Both the position numbers and the translations under genes were made by a program. The notes under the pieces were generated by a model. It made no database searches. It saw only the letters and a program-made list of their open reading frames with translations, and was not told the DNA's origin. A DNA stretch of 64,000 nt from Cyanophora paradoxa CCMP329 (taxonomy: Eukaryota; Plantae; Glaucophyta), in NCBI GenBank assembly GCA_004431415.1, contig QPMI01000413.1:14934-78933 (forward strand), written 5' to 3'. Each line of letters begins with the position of its first letter. Positions within the stretch are counted from its first letter, which is position 1. Of the stretch, positions 36,720-47,525 are shown in pieces.

Positions 36720-36968
36720 ATGGACTTTCTCCAAAAGATCATAGAGATGTTTAACCTGCACATTGTAAGCAATTGTCACAGCGGGTGCTGTGATACAACC
36801 GTAGAACTTGGTTTTTCAGATACCGAAGATAATGTAACGGAAGGTAGAGGATCCCGGAGACATTCGGTAGACTCCACCCATTCAGAAACCGCTACAAATG
36901 GTCGCCGTTTTTCCGTTGATCAAAGCGATGATTTACGAAGACAAGCGTTTGAACATCGCGGTAATTAA
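36720..36968 (+). CDS. Small conserved Cys/His protein, homolog of 53992-54426
   Basis: MDFLQKIIEMFNLHIVSNCHSGCCDTTVE vs MNFITQCIEMFHLHFTSTCHNSCCDTTVE. Confidence 0.75.
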   Translation: MDFLQKIIEMFNLHIVSNCHSGCCDTTVELGFSDTEDNVTEGRGSRRHSVDSTHSETATNGRRFSVDQSDDLRRQAFEHRGN

Positions 36969-37170
36969 AATATTTGTAATAAGTATCGGAAAATGCTCGA
37001 AGAAGTCTATAATATTATCTTAGCGAAACGTCAGATTTACGCCATTGAATCTGCGATAGAAAAACGTAGACAAGAGCTTGTCCGGTCGCCAAAAAATGAC
37101 AACCCTAAAAGTATTTAAAGAAACAGCGATATTACAAACTGATAAAATATTTTCTGTGCTGAAAGTAAGA

Positions 37171-37446
37171 ATGGCTGCTATCGCCGATGATGTTAGCGTA
37201 ATTGAATTCGAATTCGAAAGTGACAGCGATGAAATTGTTAACTCACCACCAAAGGTTAAACTTAATCCTAAGAGTGCCGATGGGTTAAATTATCGGATCC
37301 GTGAAGTGCTGAGACTGCGAAAGAAGTATGAGGAAGACCCCGAATACCGCGAATTCAAAAAAAAGCAATCTTTGGAGAACTATTACCGTCGGAAAGAATT
37401 GGAAGGTATCCATAGTGCAAAGCGTGGACGTCCCCGCAAATACTGA
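37171..37446 (+). CDS. Small basic AT-hook protein, homolog of 54551-54964
   Basis: ATG at 37171. KYEEDPEYRE...YYRRK...KRGRPRKY. Confidence 0.65.
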   Translation: MAAIADDVSVIEFEFESDSDEIVNSPPKVKLNPKSADGLNYRIREVLRLRKKYEEDPEYREFKKKQSLENYYRRKELEGIHSAKRGRPRKY

Positions 37447-37636
37447 AATGCCGCTATCGCCGCTGAAACATCATTACTTATTTTTCGGGCGGCTTACCGA
37501 TGATAATCGGTAATCGCGTTACAATATCCGGATTTTTTAGCATCGAGAAAAAAATTGTAGGGCATTTAAAGGTTAGGCGCCAAAAAATGATTAACAAGAA
37601 AAATTTTTATCTTTCTTAAAAGTAGAACGTGCCAAA

Positions 37637-39096
37637 ATGTTTAACTCAAAGGAACCTAACAACCTCCCGATTACTCTCATTGAGAAAGTCTCACGTCCCG
37701 CTGTTAAGTATCTCATCGATAATTTCGACAATTTGAAGTATCGCCCTAATGTCGATTCTGTCGCTACCCTTACTATGCTCAAAAAGTATATGAATAGTAT
37801 TCGCCCTAATGGAACTCTCGAAGCGAAATACCACCAATGCAAGCATAACACTGGACGCTATTTTACAAACCTTTCGCACATCAAGAACAAAAAGCCGAGC
37901 CTACAAGGAATGGCGCGCGAATTCCGCCATACTCTCGCTCGTGATAACTATTACGACATTGATATGAAAAATGCCCATCCTTCTCTGCTTGTTCAGTATT
38001 GCAAAATGAATAGCATTGAGTGCGATTTTCTGGATGAGTATGTAAACGGTCGCGACAAAATCATAGCTAACCTTCTCAAAAAATACCCTGATATCAACCG
38101 TGGAGACATCAAAGATGCTTTCCTTTCTGTGATCAATGGGGGCGGTGGTATTAACTGTCCGGAAATCCAAAAAGAAATGGCGTTTAAGAAAATCAAACAG
38201 GAAATCGGAGGTATTCATTCTTCTATCGCAAGCCTCGATGAAAATAGCAAGTTTCTTAGCATCTGCAAGCGTAAGAAACAATTCAATGTCTTGGGATCTA
38301 CTGTGAATATGCTTCTTTGCGATCTCGAAAACAAATGCCTTATGGCTCTGTGTGAGTTTCTGGAATCTGTCAAGGTGAAAGTGGGTGTGCTGGTCTTTGA
38401 TGGATGTATGGTAGAAAAGACACCTGACCTGACCATAGAGAAGCTTAATGAAATTCTTGTAGATGCTGAGAAGTATATTCTCAGTTCTACGGGATACAAA
38501 ATAGGCTTACTTGTGAAACCTATGGACGAAGGCTTTGGGCTTCCCGATCTCGCAACTTTGGAAGCCAACGATTTCAAAATTTGTGTTACTGACGCTCACG
38601 CTGCGACCATATTCATTGAAGAAATCATTAAGAATGATGTCGTTAATTCAGATGGTCGCTTATTTGTGAAGACTGACGAGCATCTATGGACGGATGAAAA
38701 AGCAAGGGTCGACAACATGCTTTTGAATAGATGCCTCCGATCGAATATTTACCGATCTGATGATAAGGGAATACATGCCTATACAGCCAATCACTCGGGC
38801 GCGAAGAATGTAGTGGCGTGTGCTAAGGCAATGTTTCCTAATCAAATTGGCTTTTACTTGAATACCCTATGGGGTTCTACTCTCGGGAAAATATGCTACA
38901 AAAATGGAGTGTATGATTTCGAAACGAAGAAGCTAACACCATGGGAAAAAGTAGAAGGTGTTTATTCAACCGTGCGAATTGAGCGTGACCTAATCGTAGA
39001 TGAAAACGGCTATGTGGTAAAACCGGCTGACGAGCATATTAAGACTCTGTATGATCGGCTTCTACACCCAATCTTTGGAGAAGAAAACACACCTGT
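37637..39096 (+). pseudogene. TVpol-like (PolA-related) primase-polymerase with D5_N-like region; C-terminal helicase truncated by element B (ORF runs on into the TIR to 39166)
   Basis: GRYF...SLQGMAREFRHTL...YDIDMKNAHP (motif A), LVFDGCMV (motif C) and ICYKNGVYDFET (D5_N-like). No Walker A appears before the TIR of B starts at 39097. Confidence 0.75.
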
Positions 39097-39682
39097 GGCT
39101 CGCTTGCAGGTAGACCCCACCAATTGCGCGCCCTCTTCTTTCCTTCCCCACTACCATTCTCAGTAAGCCCATTATCCATTTTCAAATTTCTCAGTAAGGC
39201 TCAGTAACAAACTATAAAATAGCACTGTATTTTTCAAACATCTAACCTCTCCTTACTGAAACCAATCACAAAAACCTACACATAATCTTCTCTCTAATCC
39301 CTTACCATTTTCAGTAAGCCCTAAAACCCTCTCTCGATTTCTCAGTAAGGACAGTAAGACCCCTATTTTTACGAAATGTTCCCGATAGTTTCCAAACTGT
39401 TTTCAGTTAGCAAATTGAAAAATAAAGGTGACCCCCACCGATAGGTTAAATCTGGATAAATAAAATACGAAATCAAGGTGACCCCCACCGATAGCCTTAA
39501 TCCGGATAAATCAAATACGAAATCAAGGTGAACCCCACCGATAGAGTATGATGAGTGCGCAAGTTTGTGCATGAGCAAGCATGCCGAAAATGCCCACCTG
39601 CACACACTCGCGACTTCAATCGAAATGTTCCATTTAATGCACTGGAACCACTCGCGCCCCGCCCACTATGCAAGATACATGC
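39097..39682 (+). repeat. Left terminal inverted repeat of element B, including a 50 bp tandem unit (~2.4 copies) at 39425-39544
   Basis: Blocks such as gcactgtatttttcaaacatctaacc, cttaccattttcagtaagcc, aatgcccacctgcacacactcgcgacttcaatcgaaatgt and actcgcgccccgcccactatgcaagatacatgc recur inverted at 62506-63178. Confidence 0.88.
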
Positions 39683-39724
39683 CTTTCTTATGCATGCTCT
39701 ATGAAAAACCAATTAATTTAGACT

Positions 39725-39988
39725 TCATTCCTCAGCAACTGTATTATATTCAATTGCTTTCTTCACAGTTCCCCTTTGGAACGCCTGTAACACAATCGCT
39801 TCCTTTGAGGTTGGTATTTGAACTCCACCTGAGATGCAAGAATGGATTTCTTTCTGAACAATTTCTTCAATTGCAATCCTTGCTCTGTTGTGGGCAGCAT
39901 TATCGATCCAATCCTGAACAGAGGCAGCACAATATTCCATTCCCAACTTTTCGATATCAGATAGAACCACTTGGTAAATATTCGACAT
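39725..39988 (-). CDS. Hypothetical protein (87 aa)
   Basis: ATG-started ORF tightly packed downstream of the fibre genes. Confidence 0.5.
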   Translation of the reverse strand: MSNIYQVVLSDIEKLGMEYCAASVQDWIDNAAHNRARIAIEEIVQKEIHSCISGGVQIPTSKEAIVLQAFQRGTVKKAIEYNTVAEE

Positions 39989-40010
39989 TTCCTAAACTAC
40001 CATAAGAAAA

Positions 40011-41030
40011 TTATACGATGCTTATTAATTCACCTGAGAAGGCTGTTTGACTTGCATAGGAACCGACTGAATTTGTAACAAGTGTCACATATTCGTTTTG
40101 GGCAAGATTGAGAATGCAAGAGAAACACAGCGCTTTATTTGTTGTTGACACACTGTGAACTTGGGATATGCTCAATCCCCCAGGATCAGCATCATTAACC
40201 CTTACAAATAATTCAATTGCAGAAGTTGTGGTTGAAGAAGTGAAAACTGAAAATCGATAGTGTCCCGCAACAGGTGCTGTGAACCTTCCAGTTGATGTGC
40301 TGAATGAGTTGGTATTGTTTACTCGAACTGTTGCCCAGTTTATAAGAACAGCAGAAGTTGTAGCAGTGTGATTATAGCCGAGTTGAACTGAAAACCGTGG
40401 ATGTGATGTTTTGAGATAACACCCTGTATTAACTGTCAAACTATTCGCTTCAAGAGTAGCAACAGTGTTACTATTCCGTTTCAGAAGAAGGTCTACATTG
40501 GCTCCTGTATCGATTTCCGGTGTGACAACCTTGTTTGTTGCTGTGATTGTGGACTGTGAGGAAATTGGTAGTGAAATACCAGCATTTGCTGTTACCAATC
40601 CTGTAAAGGTGCTTGTTCCTGTAATACTTACCTGATTTGCTGTAAGGGTTCCATCAATTCTCGCCCCATCTCCAATGTAGGCACCTCCACTTCTCACAAC
40701 AAGAGCAGAGTTATTAATTGTGTTGTCAAAGGTTACTATTTTGGATGTGGTGAACCCTCCTACATCATCATATATTGTGGAATCTGAGACTATCTGACCT
40801 GATTGAACTTGGTTTTTGTTTGAAACTATTAAACCTGTGGTTCTCACCTTGCCCCCATTGCGATCACATCGAATTTCTTTGCATCTGATCACAGAGTTTT
40901 GAGAAAACGAATCGGCTCCTGTCGTTTCAGTGCAAATAAAACCAGGGGTTGCATCTGTTACTGTGTGATTGAGTTGATGTAATTTTGGGGCGGCATAACA
41001 GAAAACAGGGACAGCTATTTGAGTGGTCAT
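40011..41030 (-). CDS. Fibre-like protein with C-terminal C1q domain
   Basis: Thr/Ser-rich beta shaft. C-terminal PRFSV...NNTNSFSTSTGRFTAPVAGHYRFS...LNLAQNEYVTL...FSGELI is a C1q pattern. Confidence 0.8.
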   Translation of the reverse strand: MTTQIAVPVFCYAAPKLHQLNHTVTDATPGFICTETTGADSFSQNSVIRCKEIRCDRNGGKVRTTGLIVSNKNQVQSGQIVSDSTIYDDVGGFTTSKIVTFDNTINNSALVVRSGGAYIGDGARIDGTLTANQVSITGTSTFTGLVTANAGISLPISSQSTITATNKVVTPEIDTGANVDLLLKRNSNTVATLEANSLTVNTGCYLKTSHPRFSVQLGYNHTATTSAVLINWATVRVNNTNSFSTSTGRFTAPVAGHYRFSVFTSSTTTSAIELFVRVNDADPGGLSISQVHSVSTTNKALCFSCILNLAQNEYVTLVTNSVGSYASQTAFSGELISIV

Positions 41031-41052
41031 ACTTTACATTATGTGGATAATA

Positions 41053-42132
41053 TTATGAAGAGCTGAGAAGCATACATCCGAAGAAAAATCTGACATTATA
41101 TTCTATATTACCAGCATCATTAGAAGCAAAAGTTAAAGAGAGACCATCATTAGCTTCAAGGCTTACAATAATCTCAAACCCATTATGAGCATACACAGTT
41201 GATGATTTATTTAAAGTTGTAACCTCAACTCCAAATGAGCTTCCATTCTTCCGTAAGAAGGTAGTGATTATTCCATTTCTTCGAGTATCAGGAATAAAAA
41301 AGAATCCACTGAATGAGACTAAATAGTTACCGGAAACAGGTGCGGTAAAAAGCCCTGTTGTGGTATTGAAATGATTTCCATTGTTGACTATCGCATAAAA
41401 GGATTCGGTTAGAATGTAACGAAATGTTTCAGTTATTGACCCATTTGGTTCCTGTTTTGTTGCAAAGAAACGAGGGTGACTACTTAATTTCAGATACTTG
41501 TAGTCAGGAAGTGTGAGATGTTGAACAGTTGTGTTATCTGTTTGAGTAGTTTTTTGAAGAGAAAGAATGGTATCCCCATTCCTCTTGTAATTCATGACTA
41601 TGTCACTCATGTTGTCAATCTCAGGTGTATTTATTCTTGTGGAAAGTGTGAGTGTTCCATACTGAATACTCCCTGAAAGCCCACCATTGAAATTCATATA
41701 CCCACCAAAACTACTTGTCCCATTCACATTTAATTGATTTGCTGTAACAGTTCCTACCACAATTGCTCCATCACCAAAGTAGGCACCTCCACTCTTGACT
41801 ACAAGAGCGGAAGTATTGCTTGTGTTACCAAAAGTAACTATCTGTGCTGTGGTGACTCCACCCACATTATCATATATTGCTGAATCCGGGACTACCTGAC
41901 CTGCTTGAACTTGGTTTTTATTCGAGATTATAATGCCTGTGGTTCTAATCTTGCCTCCATTTCGATCACATCGAATTTCTTTGACCCTCAGTATACTGTT
42001 CTCTGTGAAAGAGGTATTACTTGTAGTTTCAGTGCAAATATACCCAGGGGTTGAATCAACTACTCCATGAGAGGTGCTGTGTAGTGATTTGGCTGCAAGT
42101 TCATAGTTTGGGATTTCTAATAGAGAGGTCAT
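41053..42132 (-). CDS. Paralogous fibre-like protein with C-terminal C1q domain
   Basis: N-terminus closely similar to 40011-41030 (KEIRCDRNGGKIRTTG). C-terminal NNGNHFNTTTGLFTAPVSGNYLVSF...FFGCML. Confidence 0.8.
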   Translation of the reverse strand: MTSLLEIPNYELAAKSLHSTSHGVVDSTPGYICTETTSNTSFTENSILRVKEIRCDRNGGKIRTTGIIISNKNQVQAGQVVPDSAIYDNVGGVTTAQIVTFGNTSNTSALVVKSGGAYFGDGAIVVGTVTANQLNVNGTSSFGGYMNFNGGLSGSIQYGTLTLSTRINTPEIDNMSDIVMNYKRNGDTILSLQKTTQTDNTTVQHLTLPDYKYLKLSSHPRFFATKQEPNGSITETFRYILTESFYAIVNNGNHFNTTTGLFTAPVSGNYLVSFSGFFFIPDTRRNGIITTFLRKNGSSFGVEVTTLNKSSTVYAHNGFEIIVSLEANDGLSLTFASNDAGNIEYNVRFFFGCMLLSSS

Positions 42133-42151
42133 CTTTATATTAATCAAATAG

Positions 42152-43720
42152 TTAAATTGCGACAGCTGTGTAATGAATTGTAACAGTAATGCCTGGTCTG
42201 TCGTGTGAACTTAATGGAACTATCTCAAGCTCACACGTGAAATAGCTGCTGTAAACATTTTTAAGAGTTACAGACATACGATAGTCGAAGGCTGTCTCGT
42301 TGTGTTGTATACCCGTTGTTACAATAGGAGGGTTAGCAAAGCTGGCGTTGAATTGGATAGTGAGATTAAAGCGAGTGTAAGGGTTTGCCCATAGATAAGG
42401 AGTATTGTAAACATACTTACCTGCTTGAATTTTCCCATTAAAATATGTATTGAGTTGACTGGAAAGATCCGCTTCTGTAATACATCTACTAATAGTCTGA
42501 TTATTGGAAGGGTTCATAGCATAGAAATTTCTTGCATAAGCATTTCCACGAACAAGTAGGGTCTTGTCCTGGTAATATGCTATGTTATCAGTGGGAATAG
42601 TCGAATTGTGGAAATTCCAAATCACAGGAGGATCAGGCATTATATTTGGGTCATAATCGAGAAAGTAACCTGATCCAATAAGAAGGTTTGCATTTGCTGT
42701 AATGTTATTAGCTGTAAAGGGATCAAGAGTTGGTCTATTGGTCAAATCGTTGTAGTTACCTGAGAACATCGCGGGTTTATTATAGATATCTGTATTCCAA
42801 TCATGAGTGTGACCAACTAATGAAATGTTTCCGAGATCTGTTATCTGGTCTTTGGTATGAGTGTGTGCAAAATCTGTAATCTCTGCCTTGGTGTGGGTGT
42901 GACCAACATATGCAACATTTCCGAGATCTAATATCTCAGATTTAACATGAGTGTGAGCGAAATTCGTAATGTCTGCTCGGGTGTGATAGTGTGCAAAATC
43001 TGTTATTTGGGACTTGGTGTGAGTGTGTGCAAAATCTGTGATTTCTGCCTTTGTGTGGGTGTGTGATCTATTATTAAGGTCGAGGAAACTCCCCGAAAAT
43101 GCAACAGGGTGTAGATTTGCTGCGGTGGGTTTATTAATGAGATCATTATAGTCTCCTGTAAATGAAACGGTTTTCAGTTCCCCCCTCCCTACATAATCCG
43201 AAGGGAGATCGATTTTAATAGGCATTATAGCTGGATCATCTGGGATCACATACTCTCCACCTGTGTGAACAACAGGGTATCTTCGAATATACATATTGGA
43301 TGCACCCATGAGAGGTGCCACAATGGGCACATCCGAATTAACGAGATTGCAAGTGATGGAGAAAATGGTTTTGGGGGCAAACAGATTGCAATCAAAGGTA
43401 ATCGTGGCGGGATCAATAGTAGGATCGACATTTGAACAGATCTGAAACATCCACCCACCCACACAGTTGCAATTTAGATTTCGAAAGACTGTTCCCGCCA
43501 TTGCATCCACATAGCCAATCCCATTTGCTATGTCATATATGTGACCAAACTCGTAACCAAAAATGTCATTCCACAGGTTGGAAGCCATAGCTCCCATCAC
43601 ATACCCTTTTAGATCTACTATCAGGTCATTGGATTCACTGGGTATATTGGCATGGGTTATATAAAAATTATTATCCAATACCGCATTCTTTATTGTCGTT
43701 TCTACTATGGGTTCAGTCAT
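42152..43720 (-). CDS. Tail-fibre-like protein with HTHTKxxITD(F/L) repeats and a putative H-type-lectin-like C-terminus
   Basis: About seven HxH metal-binding fibre repeats and SG.YNDL.N.P motifs. C-terminal FNASFANPPIVTTGI...KNVYSSYFT. Confidence 0.7.
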   Translation of the reverse strand: MTEPIVETTIKNAVLDNNFYITHANIPSESNDLIVDLKGYVMGAMASNLWNDIFGYEFGHIYDIANGIGYVDAMAGTVFRNLNCNCVGGWMFQICSNVDPTIDPATITFDCNLFAPKTIFSITCNLVNSDVPIVAPLMGASNMYIRRYPVVHTGGEYVIPDDPAIMPIKIDLPSDYVGRGELKTVSFTGDYNDLINKPTAANLHPVAFSGSFLDLNNRSHTHTKAEITDFAHTHTKSQITDFAHYHTRADITNFAHTHVKSEILDLGNVAYVGHTHTKAEITDFAHTHTKDQITDLGNISLVGHTHDWNTDIYNKPAMFSGNYNDLTNRPTLDPFTANNITANANLLIGSGYFLDYDPNIMPDPPVIWNFHNSTIPTDNIAYYQDKTLLVRGNAYARNFYAMNPSNNQTISRCITEADLSSQLNTYFNGKIQAGKYVYNTPYLWANPYTRFNLTIQFNASFANPPIVTTGIQHNETAFDYRMSVTLKNVYSSYFTCELEIVPLSSHDRPGITVTIHYTAVAI

Positions 43721-43757
43721 TATACTCTATTATGGAATACTACAAAAATTAAGGTTG

Positions 43758-46700
43758 TTACATAACGTTTGGAACATGTTCATATATTCTCCCTTCTCGC
43801 TGTGCCATTTCCGCCATAAAGTCTCTATCATTGTTCATCGTTTGCTCTGCCAATTCTTGTGCTCGTGATTTTTTGGGTGCTGCCCTATTTGCTGGTGGTC
43901 GGTCAGTCCTCACAACACTAAGACCATGCCCCTCGGCTGATCTCACCTCTAAGCCCACATCTCCTTCGGCTGTTTGGGTCACATTAAGCTCTGGTGTTGA
44001 GTATTTATTACCTGCTCCTGCAATGGTTCTGTCTATGCAAGCACAACATAAAGCTCGGAATTTGTATGCAAGCACAAGCCCAAGAGCACCGAGAATCGGC
44101 AAGAGAATCATAAGCACTAACGTTCCTGGATCTGTTCCCGGTGCCCGACTGGATTTGTAGGATTCGTGGGATTATTAGGTGGTGTGTTTGGATCTGGATT
44201 AGTTGTAGGGGGATCTTGTGAATCGGGATCTGGGTTAGGCTGGTTCGGATTTGGATCATTTGGTGGCGGCTCTGTCGACCCTGCTAATGATGTTGGCGCT
44301 GTGTATGCATTCGCAAACACGATGGGAGCCGTCGCTGGATTTCCTGTGGAGGATCCTGAGATTGCACCATAGGTATCTGCGAGATACTTGTATAATTCCT
44401 GTGTCACAGGTGGATTGCTCACAGATCGACACACCCAAATATTGCATGTGGTATCATAGACTGTGTCCCTGATAAAGGGCGGTAGAGCCGTCCCACTGAA
44501 TGACTCAAAGAGTCCATTTCGCGATAGCAACCTATGTCCTGTATCACAATTTCCACCCTCAAAATATTTGGTAGCCGAAATCGCACCTTGCACATAAATA
44601 TTGCATGTCGAATGCAATCCAATGTTATTTAGGTTAGGAGTGTATCTGTCATCAAGCCGGACAGTGCACACCCATGGGGAAGCGGTTTTTATATATTTCT
44701 TATCGCCTGCTGTGATCACATCAGTGTTTGGGTGGCTGTCAATTTGGGTAGCAATAGACTCATATTTGTAAGAGTAATAAACTAAGAGACCATCTGTGGA
44801 GGATGTAAAATAAAAGAAGTCTCTCATGAAGTCCGTGGATCCAAAGAAGTCAGCATTGGTCGATGTTAGGGTGACTCTGGGATAGCTCATGTTGACAGTC
44901 TCAGAAGGATATGGAATATAAGAGGTGTAATAGCGATTTAACAGATAATAGTAAAATCCATCTGAGACATTCGAGTGAGTGGGCAAGGTGACTGTTAAGG
45001 TCTTACTGCGATCCTCAAACGTTTTATGTATGACAATGTTGCAAGTATTAATGTATCGAGAATCGAAAAAGTAATTATTTGTAACTCGATTATCGATCAG
45101 AGTCGCATTGGTTCCATTAAACACGAAATTCTGCCCATTGATCCTCGTAGTGTGAATGTCTGTAACATCGAGAGGATACCTTATTTTTAATCGATCTTCG
45201 GGGTCAAATCGCGGAATAGTTCCTGTTGCCTTCCAACTGATAGTAAAGGGAGGAGCAAGGGACACTGCTGGGATAACAGAGAGATTAAATTTCGAAAAAT
45301 ACAACCCAACAGGATACCCTGACAGAGCATATGTCACTGTTGCATTTCCGACAAGTGTGAAGCCGGTGGTTGTTATGTTAGTTGCAACAAATGGGGAGTA
45401 GCCGGCTGGTGCATTTTGAAGTGATGTAGCTGACCCATCATTGACCACATACAAATTCGTGTCTGTTATTTCAATAGTAGGAGGGGAAACAAATGGTGTC
45501 TCAAATGTGAAATTAAAATTCGCTGGAACCCCTGCAAGATATCTATATGAGACCGATCCTATTTCGGATGCCTGGAATACTTTGCTTCCACTCCGCACTA
45601 CATTACTTGTGTCTTTCACATTGTGGTATGAGATGCTGGGAGTCGGGGAGAGCACCAACGAAATAGCATCTGGTAAATCAGACTTTGTAATATACAGTTC
45701 TTTAAGATACTCCTTTCTAAAAGGGGCGGTCAGATCTCCAATAGTAGCCGATGAACCTGCGACTACAATATTACAGGTGTTTGCACTCAAAGAATAAACT
45801 GTGTTCCACCTTAATGAATTCGCACCAAGATCGAAATTCTGTGAGAAGGGCACGATATTGCTACCTTGTAAATCTCGGTAAACCTTTACTCTGGGTTTGC
45901 TATCGAATTCAGGGGTGATATAATTGATGGTAAGAGTGAAACTAATAGTAGCTTCGGAAGTCAATAAGTTGTTTCGGATGATAAGTAAATTGTATGTCTC
46001 GTTAATGACAAACGAAACCTGAAACCCTGTGGAGGTGACATTTTGGATAAATGCTTTATTAGATTCATTATTGTTATAGATAGGATTATAATAAGTAGTG
46101 TGATCCACCAATGAAACAGTGGGTATATTCGTCTCGAAACCTGTGACACCCAACTGATCCCAAGTGAATGTATATGTAGGTTTGCCTACATAAGCGACAT
46201 AGACCCCATTTGCGAGCTGCTGAGGGTATCCCTCGACAGTGTAGGTCTCAGTTTGCGAAACCGAGCGGGAAAGGTTACTATTATAGTCGGTGTAGCTGAT
46301 CAGTGCATTACCATTGGTAAGAATCTGATTAGGTCGGAGTGAGTGATTTAATGGAAGGATTAAATTGGAGGCAAACATGGAAACTCCATGCACCTCTGAC
46401 CATCTCAGATTCGATAAACCAACTCGGTATGTGTTGTCAGTCGCGGGGTATATGTTCCTTTTCGACAGAATATGGGCTAAGGTAATTGCAAGCGCTCCAT
46501 CTGCTGCAAACAGAGCATTAATTTCTGATTGCAAAGCCGCGATTTCGGTTGTGTGGGTCGTGAGGGTTCCATCCTGGCTGGAATCTTTGGTGTTCTTGCT
46601 CCTTTCAAACTCCAAAAACGCCTTTACGATGTCCTTGCCTAAAAGATCGTTTATATTGTCTCTGGTTATGTGAACATGGTCTGTTCTCAGTGCCTGTTTC

Positions 46701-47482
46701 TCTGTGGTAAAAGCCGGAATTTCTTCTGCAAATGATATAGTCGTTTTATCAAGTGCTAAGGATCTCACATTCGGAGCATTGGCGCCAATTATATCCACAA
46801 CGTCCCCATTTTCGACAATTTCTAAGGTCGGTTTCGCGGGGTCTAATGTGAAAACGCCCTCTGTTATCTGGGGAACCGATTCGCTCTTCTGAATCACAAA
46901 GGATTCGATGTTTAGGTTACAGGTTGCGACATTGGTGGCGAAAAACGACTCGGAGTTAAGCGAGTTTACGTTCAGGGTATCCGTAGTGATGTTACTTGCT
47001 GTAATATTACTCGTCGTAAGATTACCTGCTGAGAGATCATGGACGACCTCTACCTTTGTTTTCCGTGTGGATACTCCCGCTATAAGTGTGCTATTATCCA
47101 CGATTCTCATAGCTGCATTTTGGAAACCGCTCTCATCTTGAATGAAGAAGTTTAAGCGACCTCTATCGAATGCTTTCGGGATGTTCCTACGATTATATCG
47201 CACCGTTTTCGGTAGCTGGCGGGTTGCCTGAATGCTGGCGACTCTGTTTCGTTCGTTATCATCAAGTAAAAAGTCGATTCCAAGTTTATGATCCCCTTTC
47301 TCGACGTTCATTAACTGCAAAGCTGCGGGTCTGCTCGGTGTTCCACTGACTGGATCTTCGCGGTCTGCATTGAAGTTTATTTTCAGAGACCCGCGAATTT
47401 CAGTGTTTACCTGATCAGTGTCCTCTATCTGAGTGGTCGAATTAATAACTCGTGCGTCTGGTCGCGGATTCAGGAACGACAT
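43758..47482 (-). CDS. Large (~1240 aa) surface/fibre-like protein with Pro/Asn stalk and probable C-terminal transmembrane anchor (frameshift ~44145)
   Basis: ATG at 47482 (MSFLNPRP). Contains ATDNTYRVGLSNLRWS and FDLGANSLRWNTVYS fibre motifs plus FETPFVSPPTI...TNITTTGFT lectin-like units. Adding one G joins it to LVLMILLPILGALGLVLAYKFR of ORF 43758-44117. Confidence 0.6.
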
Positions 47483-47525
47483 CCTCTTTATAAACAAAGA
47501 AGATATATAAGAAGTATATAAGATA

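Larger units (their letters stand above)
28678..39096. mobile_element. Endogenous Polinton-like virus, element A (right part missing)
   Basis: Sharp GC-to-AT transition at ~28680. Compact intronless genes for minor capsid x2, major capsid, packaging ATPase and TVpol/primase-helicase. Confidence 0.88.
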
